DNA from: Nitrososphaerales archaeon
GTDB taxonomy: Archaea > Thermoproteota > Nitrososphaeria > Nitrososphaerales > UBA213
Length of the DNA stretch: 64,000 nucleotides
Direction of reading: 5' to 3'
NCBI GenBank assembly: GCA_965197925.1
Contig: CBDAOC010000020.1
Coordinates: 1-64,000 of the forward strand
Below are positions 21,333-32,764 of the stretch, piece after piece. The position numbers and the translations under genes are program-made. The first letter of the stretch is position 1. Each line of letters begins with the position of its first letter. A model generated the notes under the pieces. The model did no database searches. It worked only from the letters and a program-made list of their open reading frames with translations, and was not told the DNA's origin.

Positions 21333-22265
21333 TTATCTCTCTAAAATGTAATTTTCTTGACGAATAATGTTCTTCTCTCTCGCCTTTTTTAGTACTTTAT
21401 CCACCATCCTGATAAACCACGAAAGTTCAAAATCTAGTTTTGTAGGTATTGACATCTCAACATTCTTTACGCCGTTCATATTCTTTACGATTTTGAACAT
21501 CTCATCCATCGAATTGACATTGTCAGTGTATAGAATTACAACAATCATACTTTTCTGATAAATTGGAGGTGGGGGTAGCAGAAAATGATCTCCTAGTTGC
21601 TTATAGATCCTACTGACTATATCCTTGTATCTCTTTTCATCAATTTCAAGCAATAAAAAAAATTGTATAAACCCATGCATTGCTGCAGGATTGTAGAGTA
21701 TTGAAAACTGTATTATATCCAACCGTGTTATAAAATCTAGTCGTCTTTTTACAGTTCTCGTAGATATATTGATCGCCTTTGCTATGTCAAGGGCAGACGC
21801 TCTTGGAAATTTAATCAAATGTCTAATTAGCATAAGATCAGTACGAGTCAGTTTATTTACCGACATCGCTCTTACTGAAAATAAATTTAATACAATTGCA
21901 GGGTCGAAGAGCTTTCTTACAAGTTCCATCTTTTGTTCCAACTCCCCCCTTACAGCAATGCCTAGAACAGAGATATCACCAATGCAATTTATCACCATAA
22001 AGATATTCCCTAGCAGCTTCACCTTATCCAGTAAGTATTGTTGTTGCTCGCTTCCATGACTGACAATAGCATAAATCAAGTCATAACCGAACGCCTGCAC
22101 CTTTATCTGAGAAATAAATCGACTTATAGTGCCGTTATCAACCATCCTCATAACGCGATTTTTTACTGTGTTGTTACTCAGATGTAGCTGAATACCAATG
22201 TTCTGATAAGAGGCTCTGCAGTTTACGAGTAACATGCGCATTATATCAAGATCAGTTTTGTCCAA
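21333..22265 (-). CDS. Lrp/AsnC-family regulator with duplicated HTH
   Basis: Two DxxD..I...L...RAS...I......TV..R units; divergent from the ABC operon. Confidence 0.85.
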   Translation of the reverse strand: MDKTDLDIMRMLLVNCRASYQNIGIQLHLSNNTVKNRVMRMVDNGTISRFISQIKVQAFGYDLIYAIVSHGSEQQQYLLDKVKLLGNIFMVINCIGDISVLGIAVRGELEQKMELVRKLFDPAIVLNLFSVRAMSVNKLTRTDLMLIRHLIKFPRASALDIAKAINISTRTVKRRLDFITRLDIIQFSILYNPAAMHGFIQFFLLLEIDEKRYKDIVSRIYKQLGDHFLLPPPPIYQKSMIVVILYTDNVNSMDEMFKIVKNMNGVKNVEMSIPTKLDFELSWFIRMVDKVLKKAREKNIIRQENYILER

Positions 22266-22382
22266 TTATGACCTTTCTCCAATATTCTAATTCAATAAAT
22301 GGACAAGCTAATAATTGTTGTGTCAAGAACTCGCAAATATAGTTGCACCAGAGATATAAGTAAAGAAGGCTAACGATTACAT

Positions 22383-23111
22383 GTGCCTCTAGTCCAATAT
22401 TCAACCGAGAACAAAACTACTGAAAATGTGGTATTGCAGACTTTGAATCTGACAAAGGTTTTCGAATCCAATGTTGTCAAAGTTGTTGCATTAAAAAGTG
22501 TTAATATCACTATAAGGAAAGGGGAATTTGTTGCAATAGTTGGTCCTTCAGGTAGTGGAAAATCTACACTTCTTAACTTACTCGGTGCCCTAGAGAGACC
22601 AACAAAAGGGCAGGTATTAATTGACGGAATAGATATATTTTCGTTGAATGATTCTGAAGTTGCAAGGCTCAGAAACACAAAGATAGGTTTTGTGTTTCAA
22701 TCATACAATTTAATCAATAGAACTACCGTAATCAGAAACATAGAAATACCCTCGATCATTTCTGGCATGCCAAAGCAGAAGAGAATCAATAGGGCGAAGA
22801 AAATACTTAAACTATTGGGGATAGAGGATAAAGCTGAATTTAAACCCACCTCATTAAGCGGTGGACAACAGCAGAGAGTCGCGGTTGCACGATCACTTAT
22901 GAATAACCCTTCTATAATACTTGCAGATGAGCCTACTGGCAATCTTGATACCAAGACAGGAAAAGAGGTTTTTGATCTATTGAAAGATCTTTCACACAAA
23001 CACAATAGAACGATCATTATGGTAACACACAATAGAGAACTTGCCGATGCCACTGACAGATCCATCCACATCAGGGATGGAATGCTGGAGAAGGAGGTAA
23101 TAGGTAAATGA
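22383..23111 (+). CDS. ABC transporter ATP-binding protein (LolD/MacB type)
   Basis: GPSGSGKS, LSGGQQQR, ILADEPTGNLD, VTH. Confidence 0.95.
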   Translation: MPLVQYSTENKTTENVVLQTLNLTKVFESNVVKVVALKSVNITIRKGEFVAIVGPSGSGKSTLLNLLGALERPTKGQVLIDGIDIFSLNDSEVARLRNTKIGFVFQSYNLINRTTVIRNIEIPSIISGMPKQKRINRAKKILKLLGIEDKAEFKPTSLSGGQQQRVAVARSLMNNPSIILADEPTGNLDTKTGKEVFDLLKDLSHKHNRTIIMVTHNRELADATDRSIHIRDGMLEKEVIGK

Positions 23112-24967
23112 AATTTGCATTTATAATCCCTGCAATAATGTTATTTGTAGTTTTTATAGCTTCTAGTTTAGCATACGCACATTACCCTCATATCTCAAAT
23201 GAATGTGCTAGCACAGAAGCGCTTGGCAGCCAAGAAGAATGTCTCTTGGAACATAGAAATTCGGCCAAGGAGATAAAGCTCGTTGATATGTTCTTTAGCG
23301 AGGGAGTTCATATTGGGGGTAACAATGCTGATCCCAATGAAATACCCCTCAAGATGGAAGTTGAACCGGGCGATGGCAGAACGTTACTTGTTGCAGTATT
23401 AGCCAACTCTGGCCCGTTCGAAATTACAGGAATGAGGGGATGGCTGAGCTTACCTTTAGGCTTTGAGGCTGCGGGTAAATCTGTTGGTGAACCAGCCTTC
23501 GATACTTATGATCTTGGTATTTTGCCTGGTGCTACATTCGTGTTTGAATTTCCAGTTGAGGTAACCGAGGATACGCGTGTCGGATGGTATGATGCTATTC
23601 TACATGTAGAATACTTCGAGGCTAGAAATCTTGGTCTGAATTACAGGGATTTCCAGGTGGAATTTCAGTTACCAGGGAAAAATGTCCTTGATGCAATTGC
23701 GGTCGACTCTGTTTTGGAACCCAGTACCAGAAATACTGCGTTGATAGAAATAACTAATGATGGAAGTGCACCCGCATCAGGTGTAATAATAAATCTACAT
23801 CCTCAGGCTGGAGTAGGAAGAGTTGAAACAGAAACAATTGCTGAGCAGGTCAATCAAATAGTTATTTTGGGAAAGAAGGTTTTCAATATTGGTATAATCC
23901 CACCCCAAAGCAAGGCTGTAATCGATCCAGTTTTATATGTTAATCCGGAACTAGCCGACTCGAGGCAGAACCTGCAATTTACAATTACTTATTTTGATTC
24001 CTACGGACAAAGAACACGTGTTACAACGCTGATAAACTTCCTGGTTGCAGGGAGTACCACACAAAGCATTGATTTTACCGTAACTACAAACCGACCTGTG
24101 ATTCAAACCATAACTGAGACTCCATTCATAGTTACTCTCCTAAACACAGGAGAAGAAACAGCGAAATCGGTTGAGGTTACCGTCAACACACCATCGACAG
24201 CAACCGTGGCGCTAAATCAAGAAGTACCAGATGCTTCTCGTTCACCTTTAAGCATAATCGGAAGTGATGGTTACAGCAGGGCAAGTGAGATTCCAGCCGG
24301 TGAGAGTATCGATGTACAGGTAATATTGTTCGCATCTGAAGAAGCCGTTAATACCGCATTCCAGCTTCCAGTCACCATATCATATCTTGACCCGGAGGGG
24401 GGGATCAAAAGAATACAAAGACAGGTCAGTGTGTATATTCAAGGAACTATCAACTTGCGTCTTTATGATCTAGGCATTACCTACATTGCAAATGAACCCA
24501 ACCTCTCTGGCTTCCTGCTTAATGAAGGAACCAATATGGCTCTTTTTACCACGGTAGAGTTGGTTGAGAATGAAAATGGGATTAGACAAGTAGGTAATCC
24601 ACAGTATCTTGGGGATCTGACTGCTAATTCTCCTCTACCATTCAACGTACCTGTGAAGTTTGAAGGAAATGAAACGGACAGCTATCCTGTGAAAGTAAGG
24701 ATAACGTACAAGGATGACCTTAGGATCGCGTTTGAAGAAGAAATTGAAGGTACGGTATTGTCCAAGCCTCCGATCATCGAAGAAGAGAATCAGGACGGAT
24801 TTATCATGACATCCCCTGTGGGATTATTGGCTGGTGTGGGAGTCGCAGGAGTTGTCGGCTATTTCTTTGTAAACAAGAAGAGGAAGAACAAAATCCGTAG
24901 TAAAGAAAAGGGCGCGTACAATAACGATGAAGATGATAATGAATTCCTCGGTGATAGTAAAGAGTAG
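23108..24967 (+). CDS. S-layer-domain (COG1361-like) membrane-anchored protein
   Basis: Signal peptide, repeated Ig-like N.G...A units, C-terminal TM helix followed by KKRK. Confidence 0.8.
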   Translation: MKFAFIIPAIMLFVVFIASSLAYAHYPHISNECASTEALGSQEECLLEHRNSAKEIKLVDMFFSEGVHIGGNNADPNEIPLKMEVEPGDGRTLLVAVLANSGPFEITGMRGWLSLPLGFEAAGKSVGEPAFDTYDLGILPGATFVFEFPVEVTEDTRVGWYDAILHVEYFEARNLGLNYRDFQVEFQLPGKNVLDAIAVDSVLEPSTRNTALIEITNDGSAPASGVIINLHPQAGVGRVETETIAEQVNQIVILGKKVFNIGIIPPQSKAVIDPVLYVNPELADSRQNLQFTITYFDSYGQRTRVTTLINFLVAGSTTQSIDFTVTTNRPVIQTITETPFIVTLLNTGEETAKSVEVTVNTPSTATVALNQEVPDASRSPLSIIGSDGYSRASEIPAGESIDVQVILFASEEAVNTAFQLPVTISYLDPEGGIKRIQRQVSVYIQGTINLRLYDLGITYIANEPNLSGFLLNEGTNMALFTTVELVENENGIRQVGNPQYLGDLTANSPLPFNVPVKFEGNETDSYPVKVRITYKDDLRIAFEEEIEGTVLSKPPIIEEENQDGFIMTSPVGLLAGVGVAGVVGYFFVNKKRKNKIRSKEKGAYNNDEDDNEFLGDSKE

Positions 24968-24976
24968 GCGCTTGTC

Positions 24977-26233
24977 ATGCTGTTTGGAGAGGTATCTGAA
25001 CTTGCGTTCGGTGCACTGAAGGATCGCAAGGCCAGATCTATATTAACTATAGTGATGGTTGTTGTTGGTAGTAGTTTGATGGTATCGCTTAGTGGGTTAA
25101 GTGGTGGCTTTACACAATTTACGGAGGAGCAGTTCAGTAGCCTGGCCCCAAACGTCTTGTTCGTCTCTAGTGCCCCAAATCTTGAACGAAGTGGTGGTTC
25201 CTTTGGAATCGGGGGTGGTGGTCCTCCATCATCTCCTAAGGTTGTACTTACCTCAGTTGTTGCCAGCAAGATCAACAACCTACCAAGCATTGAAGAAGCA
25301 ATACCGAACTATCAGGGCCAGATCACACTTGAAGGGAAGGGTAAAACCACTACTATGAGGATCTTTGCAATGGACTTGCCAAAGATCTTTACTATAGTAC
25401 CGAATACTGAATTTGATGAGGGGTCTGTAATACCAACCAATGATCCTTCTGCTATATTGTTAGCTGAAAATGTTGCCCGGCCCCCCGGCGAATCGTTCGA
25501 TTTTGCCGTTCTGGGTCAGGCAGTACAGGCAAAATACAGCTTCGTTGATGATAGTGGTACGCAGAAGGAAAATTCTAGGAGTTTCGTAGTTCGAGGGATA
25601 ATGAAGGTGACGGGAAATCCCACTGTAGATAGTGCTGCCATACTCCCACCCCCTGCCGCAAATTCTTTGATGAACAAGGGGAACAGATATGATGGGATAG
25701 TTGTGCTTGCAAGAAATACAGATTTGGTAGAGGAAGCAGAGTCTGAGATTAGACAGTTGTACGGTAATGATATAGGTATCACATCTGCTCAGTTCATACT
25801 GAAAACTATCAGGGAATTTACTAGTGGAATAACCAGCTTCATGCTCAGCATAGCTGTCGTCGCTCTTTTGGTAGGTGCAGTTGGTATCATTACAACACTC
25901 TACACCTCTGTTATGGAAAGAACAAGGGAAATTGGAACATTCAAGGCAATAGGAGCACAGAGTAGAGATATACTTTCTCTTTTCCTCATTGAAGCAATAA
26001 TGATAGGTATCATAGGAGCAACTGTGGGAATTCTAGCAGGAATAGCAGGAGGTTTTGTCTTGACAAGTGCTATGGGTTCTGGTGCTGAAGGTCCTAGTAT
26101 TTCTCCAGTTTACTTCCCTCGCGATTTAGCTATGATATGGTTGCTCTCTGTTGGATTGAGTGCTCTCGCAGGTCTATATCCTGCTCTAAAAGCATCCAGA
26201 CTTCCTCCGATAGTTGCACTCAGACGTGAGTAA
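24977..26233 (+). CDS. ABC permease (MacB/FtsX type)
   Basis: RSILT, ERTREIG..KAIGA, GLYPA.KASRL.P..ALR.E. Confidence 0.93.
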   Translation: MLFGEVSELAFGALKDRKARSILTIVMVVVGSSLMVSLSGLSGGFTQFTEEQFSSLAPNVLFVSSAPNLERSGGSFGIGGGGPPSSPKVVLTSVVASKINNLPSIEEAIPNYQGQITLEGKGKTTTMRIFAMDLPKIFTIVPNTEFDEGSVIPTNDPSAILLAENVARPPGESFDFAVLGQAVQAKYSFVDDSGTQKENSRSFVVRGIMKVTGNPTVDSAAILPPPAANSLMNKGNRYDGIVVLARNTDLVEEAESEIRQLYGNDIGITSAQFILKTIREFTSGITSFMLSIAVVALLVGAVGIITTLYTSVMERTREIGTFKAIGAQSRDILSLFLIEAIMIGIIGATVGILAGIAGGFVLTSAMGSGAEGPSISPVYFPRDLAMIWLLSVGLSALAGLYPALKASRLPPIVALRRE

Positions 26234-26267
26234 AGAAATTTGTATAGGTCATTGAAGAAGTAGGAAT

Positions 26268-27134
26268 ATGATTGTAAAGAAACCTGTAGCTTTTGCAATT
26301 GCTGTTTTGTTACTTTTTTCATCTAGTGTACCAGTATATGCTTCAAACGTAAAAAAGTTAGAGCTTACTACGGATGAGGAAAGGCTATTTGAAAAGATAT
26401 TTGCTAGGCTCGAATCTCATTCAAGCATGATGCCTGTGCCAGTAGATGATGTGAAGAAAAGTCTTTCTGAATCCAGGAAGTTTTTTTTTGCTTGCACACC
26501 ATTCAACAACAGAGTAGTGGAATCAGTTTCTATTAATGTGAGAACAAAATTTGTACCATTTGATCGTACTCTGGCAGAGAAGCACAAACCAGATATTTAC
26601 GTTGCGGATTATACATGGGATTGTGAGACCTTTAAGGACAACTATACTATTACCATTGAATGTGTCAATAGATTGATGTTGAATCCTGACTTTATGATCA
26701 AGGAGGAGACCGAGACTGATGGAAGAAGAAGTATTGCAATGGCGGAAAATGAGATGTATCTATACCATGAGTTGTTGCATGGACAGCTTATGATGGATGC
26801 AATGAATTACATAAGTAGTGATTCGGACGAAGAAAAATTCCTGCAGTTTCTTCGCAAACAATAAGAATGAACCTGAGTACTCGCCTTCTGATGTTGGTCA
26901 TAGGATAATACCAAATCTTGAACTTGATTTTCTTGCCAAGATTGTAAAGCTTTATGATGAAATGTTAATCATTAAAACAATTGACAAAGGGAATGTAGTT
27001 AATAGTGAGTTTTCAGAAGTGGTTGCTACTTTTGCCGAAATGGGAGCACTTGCGGAGAAGGAATTCTTTCCCTTTTCGAGAACAATCAATATTGAACAAT
27101 TTGAGATTCTAGTATCGGAAGAAAATGAAACTAT
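26268..27134 (+). pseudogene. Secreted HExxH-containing protein, frameshifted near 26830 and cut by the IS
   Basis: Signal peptide, YHELLHG; continues in ORF 26818, whose stop lies in the IS end. Confidence 0.6.
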
Positions 27135-28118
27135 CAACTCATCTCAAAACTAACCATTTAGACAATTTTTAGCGACCATTTAGATCCATGAATAGCGACA
27201 TCTAAAATTATTTTATGAAATTCCAAGAATTATCAGACAAACAGTGGAGTATGATGGAATCACACATACCACCACATGCAAAAACTGGCAGGCCTAGGGA
27301 TGATGATAGAAAAATCATTAACGGAATAATCCATGTTCTAACTACTGGATGCCGATGGGACGATATGCCAAAAAGATATGGTGATGATTCTACTGCAAAC
27401 AGAGGGTTAAACAAATGGCAACAAAAAGGAATCTGGAAAAAGATTCTATCACGTACTATTCACTCAGCACATAAATATTAGTCTAAAAAAAAATATCAGT
27501 TGACTCTTCATCCATTCCATGTTGCATCCCATACAAATAATTTATCCCAAAACTCTCCAATAAATCTGGCAAAATTAGTCTAAAAAAAAATATCAGTTGA
27601 CTCTTCATCCATTCCTAATAAAAAAGGGGCAATGTAACCGGATATGATGGATTCAAGAGAATAACAGGTACAAAAATACATGCCGCAGTAGAGAGTAACG
27701 GATTTCCAATATCCATACTGCTGAGTCCAGCAAATGAACATGACAGTACAAAATGCATGGATGTTACAGGATCAATTTCAGACTATCTTGATGATTCAAT
27801 ACAACAGATAGAACCAGTTTATGCAGACAAGGTATGATGCAAAATACATCAGAATGTATTTGTGGTTGTGGGATAGAAATATTGCATGTTGCATCCCATA
27901 CAAAATAAATTCCAAGTTCATCTTGCAAAATAATGATTACAAACATTACAACAAGACAAGATTTGTAGTTGAGAGATTCTTTGCATGGCTCAAGAATGGA
28001 TTTCACAGAACAAGAATCAGATGTGAAAGAACGGCAGAAAACTATCTGGCATTTGTTAATCTTGCATAGGATATTTTTGCATCATTTTTGATGTATTGTA
28101 GGGTTTTGAGATGAGTTG
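27135..28118 (+). mobile_element. IS5-family element, close paralogue of 3760-4628, disrupted
   Basis: Near-identical orfA; inverted termini CAACTCATCTCAAAAC and GTTTTGAGATGAGTTG; internal patchwork insertion. Confidence 0.9.
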
Positions 28119-28512
28119 GATATGATGATCACAAGTCATGTGATTTCAGCAGGTATAGGATATTTCCTGCTTATATTTCCATTGCAAAGGTATGAGCATA
28201 CTATAGACAATAATAGGCTGGCATTATCACAGTTCTATCAATCGGAATTTGGACAGCATGTATATTCGCAAAGAAGCATTAGCGTTGAACCTTTGATAGA
28301 GCATATGAAGGATATGTTTGCAATAGATCCATTACCAGTTAGAGGATTCTATAAGGCAAGGAGTATAGTGTTGTTATCAGTATTGTTGTATCAGGCAATG
28401 GTTTACTACAACTACTTGGCAGGAAGGCCTCTTAGGGCATTGAAGCATATGTTGGGAAGCTAATAGTAATAATTTCAAAATAATATTATAATTGAATTAT
28501 GCCCAAGCCTCA
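28119..28512 (+). mobile_element. 3' remnant of the IS982/IS5-like element
   Basis: Homologous to ~20729-21123 and to the 3' end of 53200-54292; ends GCCCAAGCCTCA. Confidence 0.85.
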
Positions 28513-28797
28513 ACTAGCTGCATTGCTGAAGTAAACATGGTAGTAATATTGAGTAATATTGAACAAATTGCGAAGAATACGAGGATCCTAATTGTAAGCG
28601 TATTAGATTCAAACCAAAACTTGATTTATCTATAGATATGTATGTAGAAGATAAACAAGTTAGAATTTTTGATAAGCAATCCAACAATATCTAAGCTCTA
28701 CCATTAGGTAAATTAAGGCTCTGATTCAATCACTTGATCAGATTAAATTGCTAAAGTTCATCATTACCTGACCTCGCCTTGCGTGATTCATTCATTA

Positions 28798-28926
28798 TTT
28801 TTTACTCACTATATAATGGTCGCCAGATTTGTCAAAATTTTAAAATGGCTAGTTTACGTTTTCGTATATTCTAGATCTGTTTCGGTATAAACAATCAGGC
28901 CGTGATGTTAATTTTCGGATAAGCTC
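28798..28926. repeat. ~130-bp dispersed repeat (probable orphan IS end), copy 1
   Basis: Near-identical to 51831-51958; ends TTTTCGGATAAGCTC. Confidence 0.8.
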
Positions 28927-28980
28927 TAAGTGCAAGCTAGACACTTACTCATTCTCTTTGATATTTGATCCAAATATTTT

Positions 28981-29406
28981 CTAACTCTTCTTCTCCAGTT
29001 TGAGGGAAGCAGAATTGATGCAATATCGCTTGTTGGAAGGTGCAGGACCATCATCAAAAACATGACCAAGATGGGCATTGCATCTATTGCACACTACCTC
29101 CACTCGTATCATACCATAATCATAGTCTGACTTGTCTTTGACATTTTCTTTAGTGATCGGTGCCCAGAAACTAGGCCAGCCAGTACCTGAATCGAACTTT
29201 GTCTCTGAATTAAATAACTCGTTGCCACAACACACGCATTGGTAAATTCCTTTTTCTTTACAATCGTTGTATTCTCCCGTGAACGGTCTTTCCGTTTCTC
29301 TCCTTCTACACACCTGATATTGTTCAGGCGTAAGTTGCTGCCTCCACTCTTCATCCGATTTGTCTACGGATTCTCCTGTTGACATGATTGACAATTGATG
29401 GAACAA
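28981..29406 (-). CDS. msrB: Peptide-methionine (R)-S-oxide reductase
   Basis: TERPFTG, SGTGWPSF, HLGHVFDDGP, RYCINS. Confidence 0.97.
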   Translation of the reverse strand: MFHQLSIMSTGESVDKSDEEWRQQLTPEQYQVCRRRETERPFTGEYNDCKEKGIYQCVCCGNELFNSETKFDSGTGWPSFWAPITKENVKDKSDYDYGMIRVEVVCNRCNAHLGHVFDDGPAPSNKRYCINSASLKLEKKS

Positions 29407-29692
29407 ATATCATATATGTATATTTTCTTTCCAATTGTATAGGGATTAATATTGCTTATTGGATTTATTTACCATAACTTTGACTGATGTGAAGGAAGCA
29501 AGACCCAAACCACCTTCAATGATCTAGGTAGATTCTATCAGGTAACTTCTAAACTCATAACTATTTTGTGTACTAGGTGTATTTCCATAATTATTGTAAC
29601 CTTCCCAAGATGCGCTGTTTCATAAATAGTTTAAGAGAGACCCGATGAAATTTAAACTTGAAATTATCATAATAAAAATTAATTATAACATG

Positions 29693-30622
29693 CTATTTCA
29701 GAACGGTGAAGTATTCTTCAAAATTCCAATTCAAGCGTATGGTCTTCAACAATTTATGGTAGTCTAATGGTATGACCACTTGATCATTAAGGAAATCAGT
29801 GACAACGGCTGGATCTGAGTTGGGATTCAAAAGAATGTCCCTCGGAAGATCAATGAACGGCTCTGGGAGCTCGAACGGCATAAGATCGCATACCAGCAAT
29901 GGACACCATTCGTAACCAGCCTTTGCCAGACCATATACTCTATGAATTCCATTTGCCAAGATCAAACGGCTTGTACCTAGATCAACCTCCATTCTATAAA
30001 CTGCCCCAAAAGGGTTTCCTCCTCCAATGGGATGACAAACACTTTCCATGGAAGGACTTTGCGGATCCATCTCATTCAATGGAATAGTACGATATTGTGG
30101 AGGAAAGTGGAGTCTGACATCTTCATCGTAACTACTAAAGAGAAGATTTCCGCCTTCAGAACCCATTCCCATTACCTGACGGGTAATGGACGCCGGTTGA
30201 CCAGCAGATTTGAATGCCAAGTCGAAAAGTTCTGACGTACTCATCCCCTTCTTAATCGTCGCACGTTTTTCAGCACGGGGCAAGTTAAGTGAAATTTGAG
30301 GTGACACCAATTTGGATATTCTAACATTATAGATTTTTGTTGTATGAACATCATAAGGAGAATAGGTTTTTACACGCTTCATCAAATTCTCTACTTTGGA
30401 TTGGTCAACACCGTCAAATTCTCGTAAGTCATTGGATGTTAAGAAAGAACGCTTAGGAGAGCCAGAACTATAGTATAACTTGTTTGCTTTCTCCCATAGG
30501 TCCTGGAGTACTTTTCTGTCTGTTGGATGGGCTATAAAGCCAGAGTCCAAATGAGAAAGTAGAGCTTGTAGTGGTAATGCAGAGAACATTGTACGCTTTT
30601 TCACGGTGGATGGAGATGCCAT
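29693..30622 (-). CDS. Hypothetical protein with C-terminal ParB/sulfiredoxin-like motif
   Basis: LILANGIHRVYGL..AG....P.LV. Confidence 0.55.
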   Translation of the reverse strand: MASPSTVKKRTMFSALPLQALLSHLDSGFIAHPTDRKVLQDLWEKANKLYYSSGSPKRSFLTSNDLREFDGVDQSKVENLMKRVKTYSPYDVHTTKIYNVRISKLVSPQISLNLPRAEKRATIKKGMSTSELFDLAFKSAGQPASITRQVMGMGSEGGNLLFSSYDEDVRLHFPPQYRTIPLNEMDPQSPSMESVCHPIGGGNPFGAVYRMEVDLGTSRLILANGIHRVYGLAKAGYEWCPLLVCDLMPFELPEPFIDLPRDILLNPNSDPAVVTDFLNDQVVIPLDYHKLLKTIRLNWNFEEYFTVLK

Positions 30623-30771
30623 TATGAAGTAACAAATGAATTAAGTATTTTAATTTTAAAGAGATAAATGCCATATAGAATTTATGGAGTGAAGTTTCGG
30701 CCGATCCCTATGGGTTTTATTAAGATATAATTAAATACCACACGAATTCGAGACAGGTCAATTTCAAGTAA

Positions 30772-31748
30772 GAGCCTATCCTAAAATTCTAGCTGATAGT
30801 TAATGATTGGTAGAAATGATAACATTTAGAATGCAAGAATATTAGTTCAAACTGTCAGGTTTAGTTTTCTTACTATTGATTTTATTAGTATTGTAGATAA
30901 TAGATACTAGAAACAGTTGCATTAACGTGTTTATGACACTACCAATATATCGCTCTATACACTATTAGGCAGTTAGCAAATTCTACTAGCGCCTGATAAT
31001 TTTCCTCTCTCTTCTCGAACCTTACCAATAACTTTCTGAACCTGTTATGCCAAGATGCGGTTCTTTCTACAACCCATCTCTTTGCTTTGTACAAATTCTT
31101 TTTCAACACTTCACCCTTATGACGAATGTGATCCACATATCCCCTTCCTAACTCCATATTTCATACTCCATACTCTATCTCAGGGAAATCATATCCTATT
31201 CATGCATATGTTCTGTTTAACTTTGGGCCTATCAACAACAATGCTATCTATTGTAGGAAAGGCTGATTTCATATCGTGCTTGTTTGCTTCAGTAATTACA
31301 GATGAGAGAGGTACTCCTCTTCTATCAACCAGCATGTGACGTTTGGTACCTAGCTTGCCTCTATCCGTTGGGTTTGCTCCGGTCGTTTTCCCCCTAATGG
31401 GGCCTTCGGTACGCTATCCATGGATTGCCAGTCCCATCCTATACCCTTCAATTCATCATATATTTCCAGCAGCCTCTTCCATACCTTCTTGAATACTCCT
31501 ATCCCAATCCATTCCTGAAATCTTGCATGGCAAGTTGAGCCAGAACCAAATTCTTTCGGCACCTTCTTCCACTGGCATCCAGTTCTTAATACGTACAGTA
31601 CTCCATTCAACACTTTTCTAAATGGCACAGCTGGCCTTCCAACTGTTCTTGCTGGTTTCCTTGGCGGCAGCACTAGTTCGAACTCTTCCCATAGATCGTC
31701 TGGTATATGCCATATGGTCGGCATGCTCTTTTTCTTTGATTTTCTCAC
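30772..31748 (-). mobile_element. IS5-family element, frameshifted
   Basis: PDDLW..GRP..LRTGCQW, GTKRH, RWVVERT.SW; end GAGCCTATCCTAAAA. Confidence 0.88.
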
Positions 31749-31852
31749 AAATTTAGCTAGAGAGAACAGATCTAGAAGACATTATATCGGGAATAACGTG
31801 CCTGTAACTTGACGTTTGGCATAAAGTAGGGGGTAAAGTTAGCAAGTTTTTC

Positions 31853-31942
31853 AATTTAGGTAGCGCACCTAGGTAGCGCACCTTTATCAAAAAAGTGCGC
31901 ACTAGGTAGCACACCTTTACGTAAAGTTGTGCTACCTAAATT
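31853..31942. repeat. Cluster of AGGTAGCRCACCT direct and inverted repeats
   Basis: Copies at 31858, 31871 and 31904, plus an inverted partial copy at 31928-31942. Confidence 0.8.
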
Positions 31943-32345
31943 ATGGTCTGAAAACAGTTCCAGAACAGTAAAGATAAACTAAGAAAGTTAAGTAACACTA
32001 ACATTTTTCGGGGGGTCGGTAGTCGATACGAAGGACCGAGGTCCCTATAATACATATAGTATATTTTATTGCTTTTAACATCATTAACCACCTTCCCCCT
32101 ACTACCACTGGCGTAACATAGGCCTACTACAGATACTTACAACGGCACCAACAGTACAGGCAGGGCATAGTATTCACCATCCAGCAGGACAAGGTGTATG
32201 ATATAATGTTATACATCAACGCAATGAACAGCGTCCTGCCAAAACCAGCACGGTGCGAACTACCCAAGCCACCAAGCAGGGATAGCGAGGAGGACAAGGC
32301 TTCCAAAATTCAACATCATAACCACATGCTGTATAACACCAACCA

Positions 32346-32705
32346 TTGTCCAGCGACAGGTTGATGGAACTCATACAGGAGAGCAACAGCAACAGGCAGG
32401 GCGATAGTTACTACCCAGATCCCATGAGGCAACTCTACTCTTCAATGATAAGCACGGATGCCCTCCCCTTGGCAGTTTTTGAGATAGAGCACATACCGTT
32501 ATTGGTTAATGCATTACCACCGAAACTAAAGCACCTTGCAAGAGATTATTATAATCTGTTTATCAGGTCACTAACGGCGACAAGGTCAATCAATGGTGCC
32601 TTGATAAAGGAGTTGACACAGACCAAGGTGCGCTATGAGTACGATGACGTAAATGGCAAGAAGGGCATCAACAAGATGTTTGCCCCCAAGGGTGAGAAGG
32701 AATAA
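32346..32705 (+). CDS. Hypothetical protein in a virus/plasmid-like block
   Basis: 119-aa ORF; start uncertain. Confidence 0.5.
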   Translation: MSSDRLMELIQESNSNRQGDSYYPDPMRQLYSSMISTDALPLAVFEIEHIPLLVNALPPKLKHLARDYYNLFIRSLTATRSINGALIKELTQTKVRYEYDDVNGKKGINKMFAPKGEKE

Positions 32706-32764
32706 GCATCCAGGCCAAGTGCAGAAAACTCAAATCAAGCGTTAAAGATAACCGAAGGCATATA

